From: a virus
Reading direction: 5' to 3' (one strand)
Virus record (IMG/VR): IMGVR_UViG_3300037458_000314
Span: 1-48,932 of that record
Length of the DNA: 48,932 nucleotides
In this document: positions 41,015 to 48,932 of the stretch, one piece after another
How the letters are laid out: each line of letters opens with the position of its first letter
How positions within the stretch are numbered: the first letter of the stretch is position 1
Made by a program: the position numbers and the translations under genes
Notes under the pieces: model-generated
What the model saw: only the letters and a program-made list of their open reading frames with translations
Told to the model about the DNA's origin: nothing
Database searches by the model: none

Positions 41015-42124
41015 ATGAATACCAACGAAACAGGAGCGTCACCGGCGGAACCCTCGCTCCCCGCCACCCCTGGCGTCACCTCTCCCGCGACTTCGCCAGA
41101 CGCGGAAAGCCCGGCGGAAAAGTCCGGACTGCTCGAAGCCATGACGCAGGGCTTGCAGCGTGTCTCGCCGCAAGCCTCGGCAGACGATGTCTTGGAGCTG
41201 GACGGATCGGAGGAAACGCCGCCTCCGGAGAGTACGGCAGAAGCTGGAGACACTGTCTCCGCGGATGCTGCGTCTCAAGACACGGACCTGGGCTCTGACC
41301 CGGACGAGCTGAAGCTCGACGCGGTTGATGCTCCCTCCAGCCAGACACCCCCCGCTGATGCCGAGGTGGACCTGCCGGAGGAAATCACCGACAAGGAGTT
41401 GCAGCAGTACGGCAAGCGGTCCCGGAAGCGCATCCAGCAGTTGCTGGCCCAGAAGACTGAGTTGCAGGCGCAGGTAGAGGCTGTCAGGCCCCTGGCAGAG
41501 GCGATTCTGCCGCACGGGCTCCGGCCGGACGACGTGAACAAGGGGCTCGGGCTCATCGCGGCGCTGAACCGCGGCGACTTCGAGGGCTTCCTGAAGGGCG
41601 TCGCCCCGTTTGTCGACCTTGCGCAACAGGCTACCGGGCAGGCGTTGCCGGCGGACTTGCAGCAGCAGGTATCGCAGGGCTACATCACGCTGGACCTGGC
41701 GCGGCAGCTGGCTGCTTCGCGGTTGCAGTCGCAGATGGCTACCGGCCGTCAGCGACAGACTGAGCAGCAGATGCTGGCCGAGCGGCGGGCAACTCTCGCC
41801 AACGCCATGCGCAAGACCGTGTCCGATTGGGAGGCAGCGACGCGAGCCAGCGACCCGGACTACGCCGCGAAAGAGGCGCTTGTCAGGAGTGAAGTGCAGG
41901 CTCGAATGGCGACGCAGGGCGTTCCGCAATCCCCGGAAGCTGCTTTGCAGATGGCGAAAGAGGCGTACCAGGAGATCAACTCCCGGATCGCTGCCTTCAA
42001 GCCGAAGCCGACGAGTACGCGCCCGGCCCCAAACAGTGCCTCATCCGTGTCCGCCCCGGTTCACACGCAGCCCAAGACAATGATGGAAGCGATGGTGCAG
42101 GGGCTTCGTTCCGCCCAACGGTGA
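41015..42124 (+). CDS. Scaffolding protein (putative)
   Basis: Lies between portal and capsid. Acidic, low-complexity N-terminus followed by long helices. ATG 41015 (the track's GTG 40976 is an alternative). Confidence 0.6.
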   Translation: MNTNETGASPAEPSLPATPGVTSPATSPDAESPAEKSGLLEAMTQGLQRVSPQASADDVLELDGSEETPPPESTAEAGDTVSADAASQDTDLGSDPDELKLDAVDAPSSQTPPADAEVDLPEEITDKELQQYGKRSRKRIQQLLAQKTELQAQVEAVRPLAEAILPHGLRPDDVNKGLGLIAALNRGDFEGFLKGVAPFVDLAQQATGQALPADLQQQVSQGYITLDLARQLAASRLQSQMATGRQRQTEQQMLAERRATLANAMRKTVSDWEAATRASDPDYAAKEALVRSEVQARMATQGVPQSPEAALQMAKEAYQEINSRIAAFKPKPTSTRPAPNSASSVSAPVHTQPKTMMEAMVQGLRSAQR

Positions 42125-42135
42125 GGTGACTCCAC

Positions 42136-43233
42136 ATGGCATTTACGCAGCAAGAACTCGACTCGATTGCCAACTCGGCAATCAACTACCACCTGAACAA
42201 GGGTGAGGTCTTCAAGCAGACCGTCCAGAACAAGCCGCTTCTGGCGCTGTTCGAGCGCAAGAAGAAGACGTTCCCCGGCGGCAAGGGTGCCATCACCCTG
42301 AACGTCAAGGGCGACTACGGCTTCCCGATCAACCGTTCGACGGGTGCCGATGTCACGGTGCCGTCTGGCGGTAGCGAGACGGTGAAGGGCTACACCCACG
42401 ACGACACGGTGCAGTTCTACACCCCGGCGAACGTCATCCAGGCGTCCTACACCTGGCGTGAGCATCACCTGGGTATCACGCTGACCCACACCGAGCTGAA
42501 GATGGACGGCATTTCGGTGACGGACACCAACGGCGAGGGTACTCGTTCGCACTCGCGGCGCGAGATGACCATGCTGGCCAACCTCCTTGAGGAGAAGCTG
42601 GACGACATGGCCGAGAAGTACGCCATCGACATGAATGCCCTGCTGTGGGGCGACGGTGGCGGCGACGCGAAAGCCCTGGCGGGTATCCGGTCCATCATTA
42701 CCGACAACCCGACGACCGGTACCGTTGGCGGCATCGACCGTGCTGCGGGCAGCGGCACTTACGCCTGGTGGAGGAACCGTTATCTGCTCAGCATCGCGTC
42801 CTCGCCGAACAACGGCGGCGTGCTGATCCAGAACCTCCAGAAGGAGTATCTGCAGCTGAAGCGGTACGGCGGCAACCCCGACACGTTCCTCGTTGGCTCG
42901 GACTTCCTCGACGCGCTGACGACCGAGATGCGGGCGAACGGCTACTACTCCGGCTCGGGCTTCGCCTCCGGTGGTGAGCTGTCCGTGGGCCAGCTGAAGC
43001 TGTTCGGCGTGCCGATCCAGTACGACCCGACCCTGGACGGGCTGTCCAAGTCCAAATACGGGTACTGGTTCGACTCCAACGCCATCTTCCTGATGACGAT
43101 GGAGAACGAGTGGCGCCGGCAGCATACCCCGGCCCGCCCGGCGAGCCAGTTCGTGCTGTACCGGTCGATCACCAGCACCGGCCAGCTGGTGGCGAATCGG
43201 TGCAATAGCTCGGGCGTGTACTCTATCGCTTGA
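42136..43233 (+). CDS. Major capsid protein
   Basis: 365 aa after the scaffold gene. GAGG RBS. Followed by the strongest terminator in the genome. Contains no copies of the otherwise abundant rare-codon hexamer. Confidence 0.75.
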   Translation: MAFTQQELDSIANSAINYHLNKGEVFKQTVQNKPLLALFERKKKTFPGGKGAITLNVKGDYGFPINRSTGADVTVPSGGSETVKGYTHDDTVQFYTPANVIQASYTWREHHLGITLTHTELKMDGISVTDTNGEGTRSHSRREMTMLANLLEEKLDDMAEKYAIDMNALLWGDGGGDAKALAGIRSIITDNPTTGTVGGIDRAAGSGTYAWWRNRYLLSIASSPNNGGVLIQNLQKEYLQLKRYGGNPDTFLVGSDFLDALTTEMRANGYYSGSGFASGGELSVGQLKLFGVPIQYDPTLDGLSKSKYGYWFDSNAIFLMTMENEWRRQHTPARPASQFVLYRSITSTGQLVANRCNSSGVYSIA

Positions 43234-43240
43234 CCCTAGT

Positions 43241-43279
43241 GTCGGGGGTGTCGCGAGACACCCCCGACTGTTCTTTCTT
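43241..43279 (+). terminator. Rho-independent terminator after the major capsid gene
   Basis: Perfect 12-bp stem GTCGGGGGTGTC/GACACCCCCGAC, GCGA tetraloop, then TGTTCTTTCTT. Confidence 0.8.
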
Positions 43280-43292
43280 GCAGGAGTTCTTC

Positions 43293-43604
43293 ATGCAACT
43301 CGTAAAGTGCTTGCTTCGACCTGGCAATGACAAATTCACCGTCGTCCCGAAAGGCGATGGCCCGCCGTTTGTCTCGTTCGCCGAGACATACGTCTTGGCA
43401 GCTATCCACGGTCCGGGCACTGTCACGAACATCGAGCCGGTTGGCGAGATGGAATCGACGCCCGAGGAGGAGTTTGCGCGGCTGCACGCCCTCTACGGGT
43501 CCGTTGTCCGGGAGCTGTTCCCGGGGGTGAATCCGCAGATTCCGATGGAGATGCCCGTGCCCAAGGCGGGCAAGAAGGGCAAGACCCAGGTGGATGAGCC
43601 CTGA
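43293..43604 (+). CDS. Hypothetical protein (103 aa)
   Basis: ATG 43293 lies 6 nt after AGGAG. In-frame part of track ORF 43230..43604. Confidence 0.65.
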   Translation: MQLVKCLLRPGNDKFTVVPKGDGPPFVSFAETYVLAAIHGPGTVTNIEPVGEMESTPEEEFARLHALYGSVVRELFPGVNPQIPMEMPVPKAGKKGKTQVDEP

Positions 43605-44278
43605 TGGCAGCGGGCGTCCAGCTTCGTGACCTCGTCACTGCCCTGCGCGTCGAGCTTGGGCACAGCCTCAACGTCGCGCAGGGAGTGAACTCCAAGGAGG
43701 CGCTGGCTGGCGTTCTCAAGCGAGTACAGGAGCAGCTTTATTCCGAGTACGACTGGCCGATGCTGACGATTCACGTCAAGCTCTCGGTCAACCAGAACGT
43801 CCGCTTCTACAGCTACCCGGTCGAGTTCGAACCCGAGCAGGTGCGCAAGATCAGCGCCAAGGTGTCGGACAAGTGGGTTCCTCTCAGCTACGGTGTCGGG
43901 CCGGAGCAGTATGCTTCTTCCGACCCGGACGAGGGCGCGACGGACTGGCCGCCGCAGCGGTGGGCACATCGGGCCGATCTTGGTCAGATCGAGCTGTGGC
44001 CGGTGCCTGGGGGCGACGACTCCCTCTATGTCTCCGGACAGGCCAAGCTCAAGCCGTTCATCCTGGACAGCGATGTCTGCACTCTGGACGGCACGCTGCT
44101 GGTCCTGCATTCCGCTGCCGAGCTGTTGGCTCGCAACAAGGCCGAAGACGCCTCGCTCAAGCTCCAGCAGTCTGCCCGGCTGCTGAACAAGCTCCTCGGC
44201 AAGCAAGGCGCCCGGCGCCGCGACCCCTGGATCATTGGCGGCGGTGACGTGAGTTCTGACCCACGGGGCCGGAGGTGA
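43604..44278 (+). CDS. Putative head-tail adaptor/connector protein (224 aa)
   Basis: ATG overlaps the upstream TGA. Call rests on its position downstream of the capsid gene and its size only. Confidence 0.5.
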   Translation: MAAGVQLRDLVTALRVELGHSLNVAQGVNSKEALAGVLKRVQEQLYSEYDWPMLTIHVKLSVNQNVRFYSYPVEFEPEQVRKISAKVSDKWVPLSYGVGPEQYASSDPDEGATDWPPQRWAHRADLGQIELWPVPGGDDSLYVSGQAKLKPFILDSDVCTLDGTLLVLHSAAELLARNKAEDASLKLQQSARLLNKLLGKQGARRRDPWIIGGGDVSSDPRGRR

Positions 44279-44279
44279 C

Positions 44280-45650
44280 GTGTACCAAGTCGTCACCGAC
44301 TTTCGCGCCGGGGTAGACACACGACGCCACCCCATCATTGCGCCGCCGGGTACGCTGCGCACGCTCGTCAACGGCTTCATCACCGCAGGCGGTGAGATCG
44401 AGAAGCGGAAGGCGTTCGTCAAGATTGCAGACCTTCCGACCACGCAAGGCTGCATCTGCCTTGCCGACAACATCCATGTCTTCGGGCCGGGTGTGGCTCC
44501 GACTTTTCCGACGGTCAGCGGTGTCTCCTGGACATACAAGCGGTTTGCCAACACGGCTGGAGACACGCTGCTCGATCTGGAGTTGTTCGACGGCAAGGTC
44601 TACACCGCCTATCGGGATGACGCCACGCAGACGGTCTACCATGACTATGATGGCGTTGCCGTAACGGGTGGTCAGGGTCACTACGTCGAGACATTCCGCT
44701 CCAAGATATACGGCATCAAGGACCGGGAGATTTTCTTCTCTGCCGTCGGCGATCCGACGGACTGGGCTGGCACCGGGTCCGGGTTTATCAACCTCTCGAT
44801 GGAGGACGCGGAGAGCTTCGAGCTGATCGGGCTGGAGGTCTACTACAACAAGCTGGCGGTGATGTCTCGGCGGGCGACGCAGTTCTGGAACATGGACGCG
44901 GACCCGTCGAAGAATCAGCAGGAGCAGGTGCTGCGCAACACCGGCACCCGGGCGCCGCAGTCAGTACGCCAGTTCTCCGGCGGTGATGTCCTGTACCTGG
45001 ACCTCACTGGTATCCGTTCGCTGCGCTCGAAGGACTCATCGCTGTCGGCCAGCCTCACGGATGTCGGCTCGCCGGTAGATTCGCTCGTTCGGTCCTGGGT
45101 GTCCGAGGTTGGCGAGGATTGGCAGTTCAAGGCCTTCGCCATCGTCGAGCCTGGCACCGGGCAATACTGGCTGGCGATCAAGGACAAGATATTTGTCCTG
45201 TCCTACTCCCCGTCGACCAAAGTCTCAGCTTGGAGTGTCTTCGAGCCAGGCTTTGACATCGCCTGGATGTCGCACTTCCAGGACACGATCTGTCTCCGGG
45301 ACACGAGCGGCGGGGTGTACCTCTACGGCGGCGTCAACGCCGACGAGTACGACGACGCCGCTGTCGAGATCGTTCTCCCCTACCTGAACGGCGACAAGCC
45401 CGCGGCGGTGAAGACGTGGAACGCGGTGGACCTCGTCGCCGACGGCACCTGGACCATGTTCTGCTCGTTCGACCCGCTTGTGGACGCTTTCGAGCAGGTT
45501 GGGACGTTCTCTGGCACCACGTTTCCGCTGGGCGATATGTCTGTGTCCGGACTCGGCTCGCACATCGGAATCAGGCTGGTTCATTCGGACACCGGGTACG
45601 CGCGTGTCTCGCAGGTAGCCGCGCATTTCAACCTGGGGCACTCCGGATGA
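44280..45650 (+). CDS. Putative tail hub/tubular protein (456 aa)
   Basis: GTG is 2 nt after the previous stop. Beta-rich composition. Call rests on position only. Confidence 0.5.
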   Translation: MYQVVTDFRAGVDTRRHPIIAPPGTLRTLVNGFITAGGEIEKRKAFVKIADLPTTQGCICLADNIHVFGPGVAPTFPTVSGVSWTYKRFANTAGDTLLDLELFDGKVYTAYRDDATQTVYHDYDGVAVTGGQGHYVETFRSKIYGIKDREIFFSAVGDPTDWAGTGSGFINLSMEDAESFELIGLEVYYNKLAVMSRRATQFWNMDADPSKNQQEQVLRNTGTRAPQSVRQFSGGDVLYLDLTGIRSLRSKDSSLSASLTDVGSPVDSLVRSWVSEVGEDWQFKAFAIVEPGTGQYWLAIKDKIFVLSYSPSTKVSAWSVFEPGFDIAWMSHFQDTICLRDTSGGVYLYGGVNADEYDDAAVEIVLPYLNGDKPAAVKTWNAVDLVADGTWTMFCSFDPLVDAFEQVGTFSGTTFPLGDMSVSGLGSHIGIRLVHSDTGYARVSQVAAHFNLGHSG

Positions 45651-46159
45651 GTGCGCTGGCCCAACGCATCAAGTCCGCGACCTACACCGTCGAGCTGGTG
45701 TCATTCGAGCAGTTCGAGAAGGAATGCTTGCCCATTCCTGGCATCTGCTGGAACTTCTTCCACGAGTCGCAGTATTCGAACGTGGCCGAGTACGACCCGG
45801 TGATGTTCGGCTACGCCATGCAGCGGGCGATGGAGACAGGCCATCGTTGCGTGATCCTGGGGCGGGCGAACGGCGAGGTCGTCGGCATGATCTCCGTCGA
45901 TTTCGCCAAGCACTTCACCAAGGAGCCGCTGGCGCACCTGTTCCTCATCTACGTCAAGCCGGAGTGGCGTGCGTCCCCGCTCGGTAGAATGCTGGCGCTG
46001 GCCGCCGTGGCCTTGGCGAAGGCGAAGAACATCACCGCGTTCTACGCGGGGATCACCAGTGGGATTTCAGAGCAGAACACTCACCGGCTCGGCAATATGT
46101 TCCGCCGCCTCGGTTTCTCCGATGTTGGCATCACCCTGAAACTACGATTGAGGGACTGA
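45647..46159 (+). CDS. GNAT-like N-acetyltransferase (putative) embedded in the virion operon
   Basis: ATG overlaps the upstream TGA (ATGA). VGMISVDF...LFLIYVKPEWRASPLGRMLALAAVALAK resembles GNAT beta4-alpha3 with the R/Q-x-x-G-x-G/A acetyl-CoA loop. Confidence 0.5.
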   Translation: MSALAQRIKSATYTVELVSFEQFEKECLPIPGICWNFFHESQYSNVAEYDPVMFGYAMQRAMETGHRCVILGRANGEVVGMISVDFAKHFTKEPLAHLFLIYVKPEWRASPLGRMLALAAVALAKAKNITAFYAGITSGISEQNTHRLGNMFRRLGFSDVGITLKLRLRD

Positions 46160-46161
46160 CA

Positions 46162-47208
46162 ATGGGTAGCTTGTTCGGTGGTGACGATAACGCTGCTGCG
46201 GAGGCTGCAGAGGAGGCGGCAAAAGAGGCAGCCGCGCGTGAGGCGAAGCGACAGGCCGACATCAAGAAAGGGCTGGCCGAGATCGACAAGATTTTCAACG
46301 GCACCATCACCGGCTACACGCCGGGGACGGCGTATGCGCCGGGGACTGCGCAGCTCAACCCGGGGACGTTCTATAACGCGCAGGGACAGCCCTTCGACTG
46401 GAACAATCGCTCCGGCAGCGGTTTTTTGAAGGATGGCGCTACGACTTACCCCGGGCTCGATCTGAACGCCTTCAACACTTGGGCCGGGCTGCCGACGGGT
46501 AACCAGCTTTGGGAGCCAAGCACCTACCAGACACCGTGGCCCGGCGGCGGTGGTGGCGGTACGTCGCCCCCGGCGTGGTATACCCAAGGCACTGATGAAC
46601 TCGGCAACACCAGTTACTCTCTCGACGCGAACGCCTACGTCAGGGCCATGCTGGACCAGCTCAACCAGCAGGGGAAGCTCTACTCGGCCGGCACCCCGAT
46701 CTACTCGGGCGGCTTCAATGACCCGTTCTACCAGGCCAAGGCGCAGGCCTACCTGGACTTCTACAACCCGCAGTTGCAGGAGCAGTACGGCGACGCGAAG
46801 GAAGACCTGACCTACGGGCTGGCGAACGCTGGTCTGTTGCGTTCTTCGGCGGCGAACAAGGAGAACGCGGACCTGTTCAAGCAGAACCAGTTCCAGCAGA
46901 TCGGGCTGAACCAGCAGGCACAGGCTGAGGCGACGAAGCTCAAGCAGCAGGTAGCGGACGAGAAGTCCGCTCTGATCTCGCAGTTGATGGTGAGCGCAGA
47001 CCCGGACCTCGCCGCGAATCAGGCGGCGGCAGCCGCCAAGACACTGCAGTCGCCGAACAACGCATGGGACCCGTTGAGCGAGGTCTTCAAGGCGGCGATC
47101 ATTGGCGGCGGCAATTATTACCAGGGCTACAACCAGGGGCAGTTTGCCTCTAAGTATCCGATCCCGAACCCGCTCGGCGGGCCCGGGTCCGGTAAGACCT
47201 ACGGTTAA
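46162..47208 (+). CDS. Hypothetical virion-module protein (348 aa)
   Basis: ATG is 3 nt after the previous stop. Charged helical N-terminus, Gly/Pro/Tyr/Asn/Gln-rich remainder. Confidence 0.65.
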   Translation: MGSLFGGDDNAAAEAAEEAAKEAAAREAKRQADIKKGLAEIDKIFNGTITGYTPGTAYAPGTAQLNPGTFYNAQGQPFDWNNRSGSGFLKDGATTYPGLDLNAFNTWAGLPTGNQLWEPSTYQTPWPGGGGGGTSPPAWYTQGTDELGNTSYSLDANAYVRAMLDQLNQQGKLYSAGTPIYSGGFNDPFYQAKAQAYLDFYNPQLQEQYGDAKEDLTYGLANAGLLRSSAANKENADLFKQNQFQQIGLNQQAQAEATKLKQQVADEKSALISQLMVSADPDLAANQAAAAAKTLQSPNNAWDPLSEVFKAAIIGGGNYYQGYNQGQFASKYPIPNPLGGPGSGKTYG

Positions 47209-47222
47209 GGGAGGGCTGCCTC

Positions 47223-47981
47223 ATGTGCACCGGACTTGAGTGGCTGGCTGTTGGTCTTACCGCGGCCAGCACTGTCTCCAGCATCGTTGGCCAGCAGCAA
47301 GCGCAGCAGGCGCAAGAGGCTGCTGTCGCGCGTGCGCGTCAAATTGCACAGCAGGAAGAAGCGCGACAGAAGCAGATGCGTGAGCAGGCGCAGCAGATGC
47401 ACCAGAAGACGGTGCAGCAGCATGGTCGTGAGCAGTACGACCAGGGTTTGCAGCAGGAGGCCACGCGACTGGAGGAGGCCTACCAGCCGTCCGGTACTGA
47501 GACGACGCTGGCCGACACCATGCTGTCTGGCCAGAACCTCGGCACTGACATCGTCAAGGACGACGCTGCGAAGCAGATGGCGGGCGCGGTGAACGAGGCC
47601 AAGCAGCGGGCGGCGAGCCTGGCGAAGCTGTCTGCCTACGGCGAGGTGGCCACCGGCCGGCAGCTTGGGAGACAGGAGACAGGGAACCAGCTCGATGTCT
47701 TGAACAACCTGCGCCGCGGCGGCCTGACGGCCTCCCAGTTCGGTCAGCAGGCGATTATGAACAACCTGCCGCAGTACAGGCCTAGCCCGCTGTCTACCCT
47801 GCTCTCCGCGGGTGCCTCGCTGGCGTCGTTTGGCGCCGGCCTCGGGGCGGGAACGAACGTCATCAACCCGGCCGGTGCCGCCGCGGGAACCTCGATGTTC
47901 TCCATGCCGGGTGGCCTGATGCAGACGGCGCCGTACAATCCGAGCCTGTGGACCAGCATGAAAGCTGGCATGGGGTTCTGA
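47223..47981 (+). CDS. Hypothetical membrane-anchored Gln-rich coiled-coil protein (252 aa)
   Basis: Strong RBS AAGGGAGGG. N-terminal hydrophobic segment LEWLAVGLTAASTVSSIV followed by a Q/A/E-rich helix. Confidence 0.65.
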   Translation: MCTGLEWLAVGLTAASTVSSIVGQQQAQQAQEAAVARARQIAQQEEARQKQMREQAQQMHQKTVQQHGREQYDQGLQQEATRLEEAYQPSGTETTLADTMLSGQNLGTDIVKDDAAKQMAGAVNEAKQRAASLAKLSAYGEVATGRQLGRQETGNQLDVLNNLRRGGLTASQFGQQAIMNNLPQYRPSPLSTLLSAGASLASFGAGLGAGTNVINPAGAAAGTSMFSMPGGLMQTAPYNPSLWTSMKAGMGF

Positions 47982-47982
47982 A

Positions 47983-48932
47983 ATGCCCATCTTCCTGACG
48001 CAGGACCCGCAGCTCAACGTCGCCCTGAAGGGGCTGGCGGACGCCATGTTCCCGGACCCGGCCACCGAGATGATGGCCGCGTACCGTCGCGCCGGAACCA
48101 TGAAGGTGCTTCAGGAGGGGGCAGACCTCCGCACGGCTGCCGAGGGAAGAAACCGGCTCTACGACATGATGGGCAGCCAGGCGTTCAACGTGGCCGACCC
48201 CAACAATCAGCGGCTCATGTACCGCGAGATGTTGCTGGGCGGCCCGGACACGATGAAGCAGGCCCCTGGCTTCCTGACCGCTTTCACCGGCGCCGGGGCG
48301 CCCGGCATCGACCAGGGCTACCTGGCGCAGATGCAGACCTCCTCCGGGGTGCAGCCTTATGGTGGCACCCGGCCCGGCTTCGAGCTGGGCCAGCGCACCG
48401 AGCTGGGCAAGGCCGGCATCATGGCAGGCGCCCACGTTCGGGGTGCGCAGATCGCGGCCAATCAACGGCAGCGCGAGTTCGAGATGTCGCCCTTCAAGCT
48501 GGGCGAAAACGATGTTGGCATCGTCCCGCTGGCCGGGCAGGCCATGTTCGGCGGGAAAGAGGTCATCGTGCCGCCCGCCGGCGCCGCGCTGGGGGCTGGT
48601 GGCGGCCTGCCCACCTACAAGGGCACCGGTGTCGAGCAGCAGGACACGAACATCGTGATGTCCTACAACGCCATGAAGAACCGTGGCATGGCGATCCCGC
48701 AGGACCTGGAACTGGCCTACGCCATCGCATTCACGCGGCTCTACGGGCCTAAGACCGAGCGCCGGACTGACGATCGGGGCAACATCGTCGAGATTCCGGT
48801 GTCTGTTCCGGTTCCGCCCGGCGTAATTCCGCCCAACCAGACCGCGCTGGCAGCGGTGGCCGCCCAACAGCCGGCTGCAGAGCCCGTCATGGGCGGCGCA
48901 GGCGCTCCGGAGGCGGCTGTGGCCCCTGTGGC
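47983..48932 (+). CDS. 5' part of the wrap-around CDS (continues at position 1..752)
   Basis: ATG 47983 is 2 nt after the previous stop. Open to the end of the window and in frame with 1..752 across the 127-bp overlap. Not listed in the ORF track because it has no stop within the window. Confidence 0.7.
   Translation, partial: MPIFLTQDPQLNVALKGLADAMFPDPATEMMAAYRRAGTMKVLQEGADLRTAAEGRNRLYDMMGSQAFNVADPNNQRLMYREMLLGGPDTMKQAPGFLTAFTGAGAPGIDQGYLAQMQTSSGVQPYGGTRPGFELGQRTELGKAGIMAGAHVRGAQIAANQRQREFEMSPFKLGENDVGIVPLAGQAMFGGKEVIVPPAGAALGAGGGLPTYKGTGVEQQDTNIVMSYNAMKNRGMAIPQDLELAYAIAFTRLYGPKTERRTDDRGNIVEIPVSVPVPPGVIPPNQTALAAVAAQQPAAEPVMGGAGAPEAAVAPV
48806..48932. repeat. Right copy of the exact 127-bp terminal overlap
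   Basis: Identical to 1-127. Confidence 0.95.

Noticed and set aside
1-48932. GTCTC (BsmAI/BsmBI-type) as a restriction site shaping the genome
   Set aside because: Restriction pressure causes avoidance, but the site is strongly enriched and specifically extended to GAGACA. It is therefore reported as a positive-selection signal.

Overview
The window is one complete, circularly closed phage genome. The unit length is 48,805 bp: bases 1-127 recur exactly at 48806-48932, and a CDS reads through the junction. It is a high-GC (about 64% by eye) tailed dsDNA phage. No tape-measure, tube or sheath genes are recognisable, so a short-tailed (podovirus-like) virion is inferred. A GH108 endolysin and a GTA-type 3-TM holin suggest a Gram-negative, probably alphaproteobacterial host (inference). 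Almost all genes run rightward in translationally coupled blocks: virion/ejection proteins with an embedded lysis cassette (47983, wrapping to 12582); a regulatory switch region (12582-13194); a replication/recombination module (13191-24226: RuvC-like resolvase, SNF2 helicase, DUF2800-type PD-(D/E)XK nuclease, DUF3310, DUF2815-type SSB, family-A DNA polymerase, prim-pol/helicase); and tail fibre, terminase, portal, scaffold, capsid and tail-proximal genes (31127-47981). Three leftward units interrupt this: a short XRE-like HTH gene (12596-12808); a lower-GC two-gene unit (24228-25514); and a MoxR/CobS-like AAA+ plus vWA/CobT-like pair (26698-30206) bracketed by the largest, repeat-rich non-coding regions. 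The main non-genic signals are: (i) roughly 7-fold genome-wide over-representation of the hexamer GAGACA/TGTCTC, patchy and often in close pairs; (ii) a 17-bp CTAAC-N5-GTTAG palindrome at the promoter/5' end of all three leftward units; (iii) seven TGCTCCG iterons beside the AT-richest segment (candidate origin); (iv) perfect 8-bp and 10-bp tandem arrays and G4-prone tracts in non-coding DNA; (v) a hexanucleotide-encoded (GE/GQ)n tract inside the vWA protein. No tRNA, CRISPR array, integrase, RNA polymerase or DNA methyltransferase was recognised. All family assignments come from motif recognition by eye, not database searches. All counts are hand counts.
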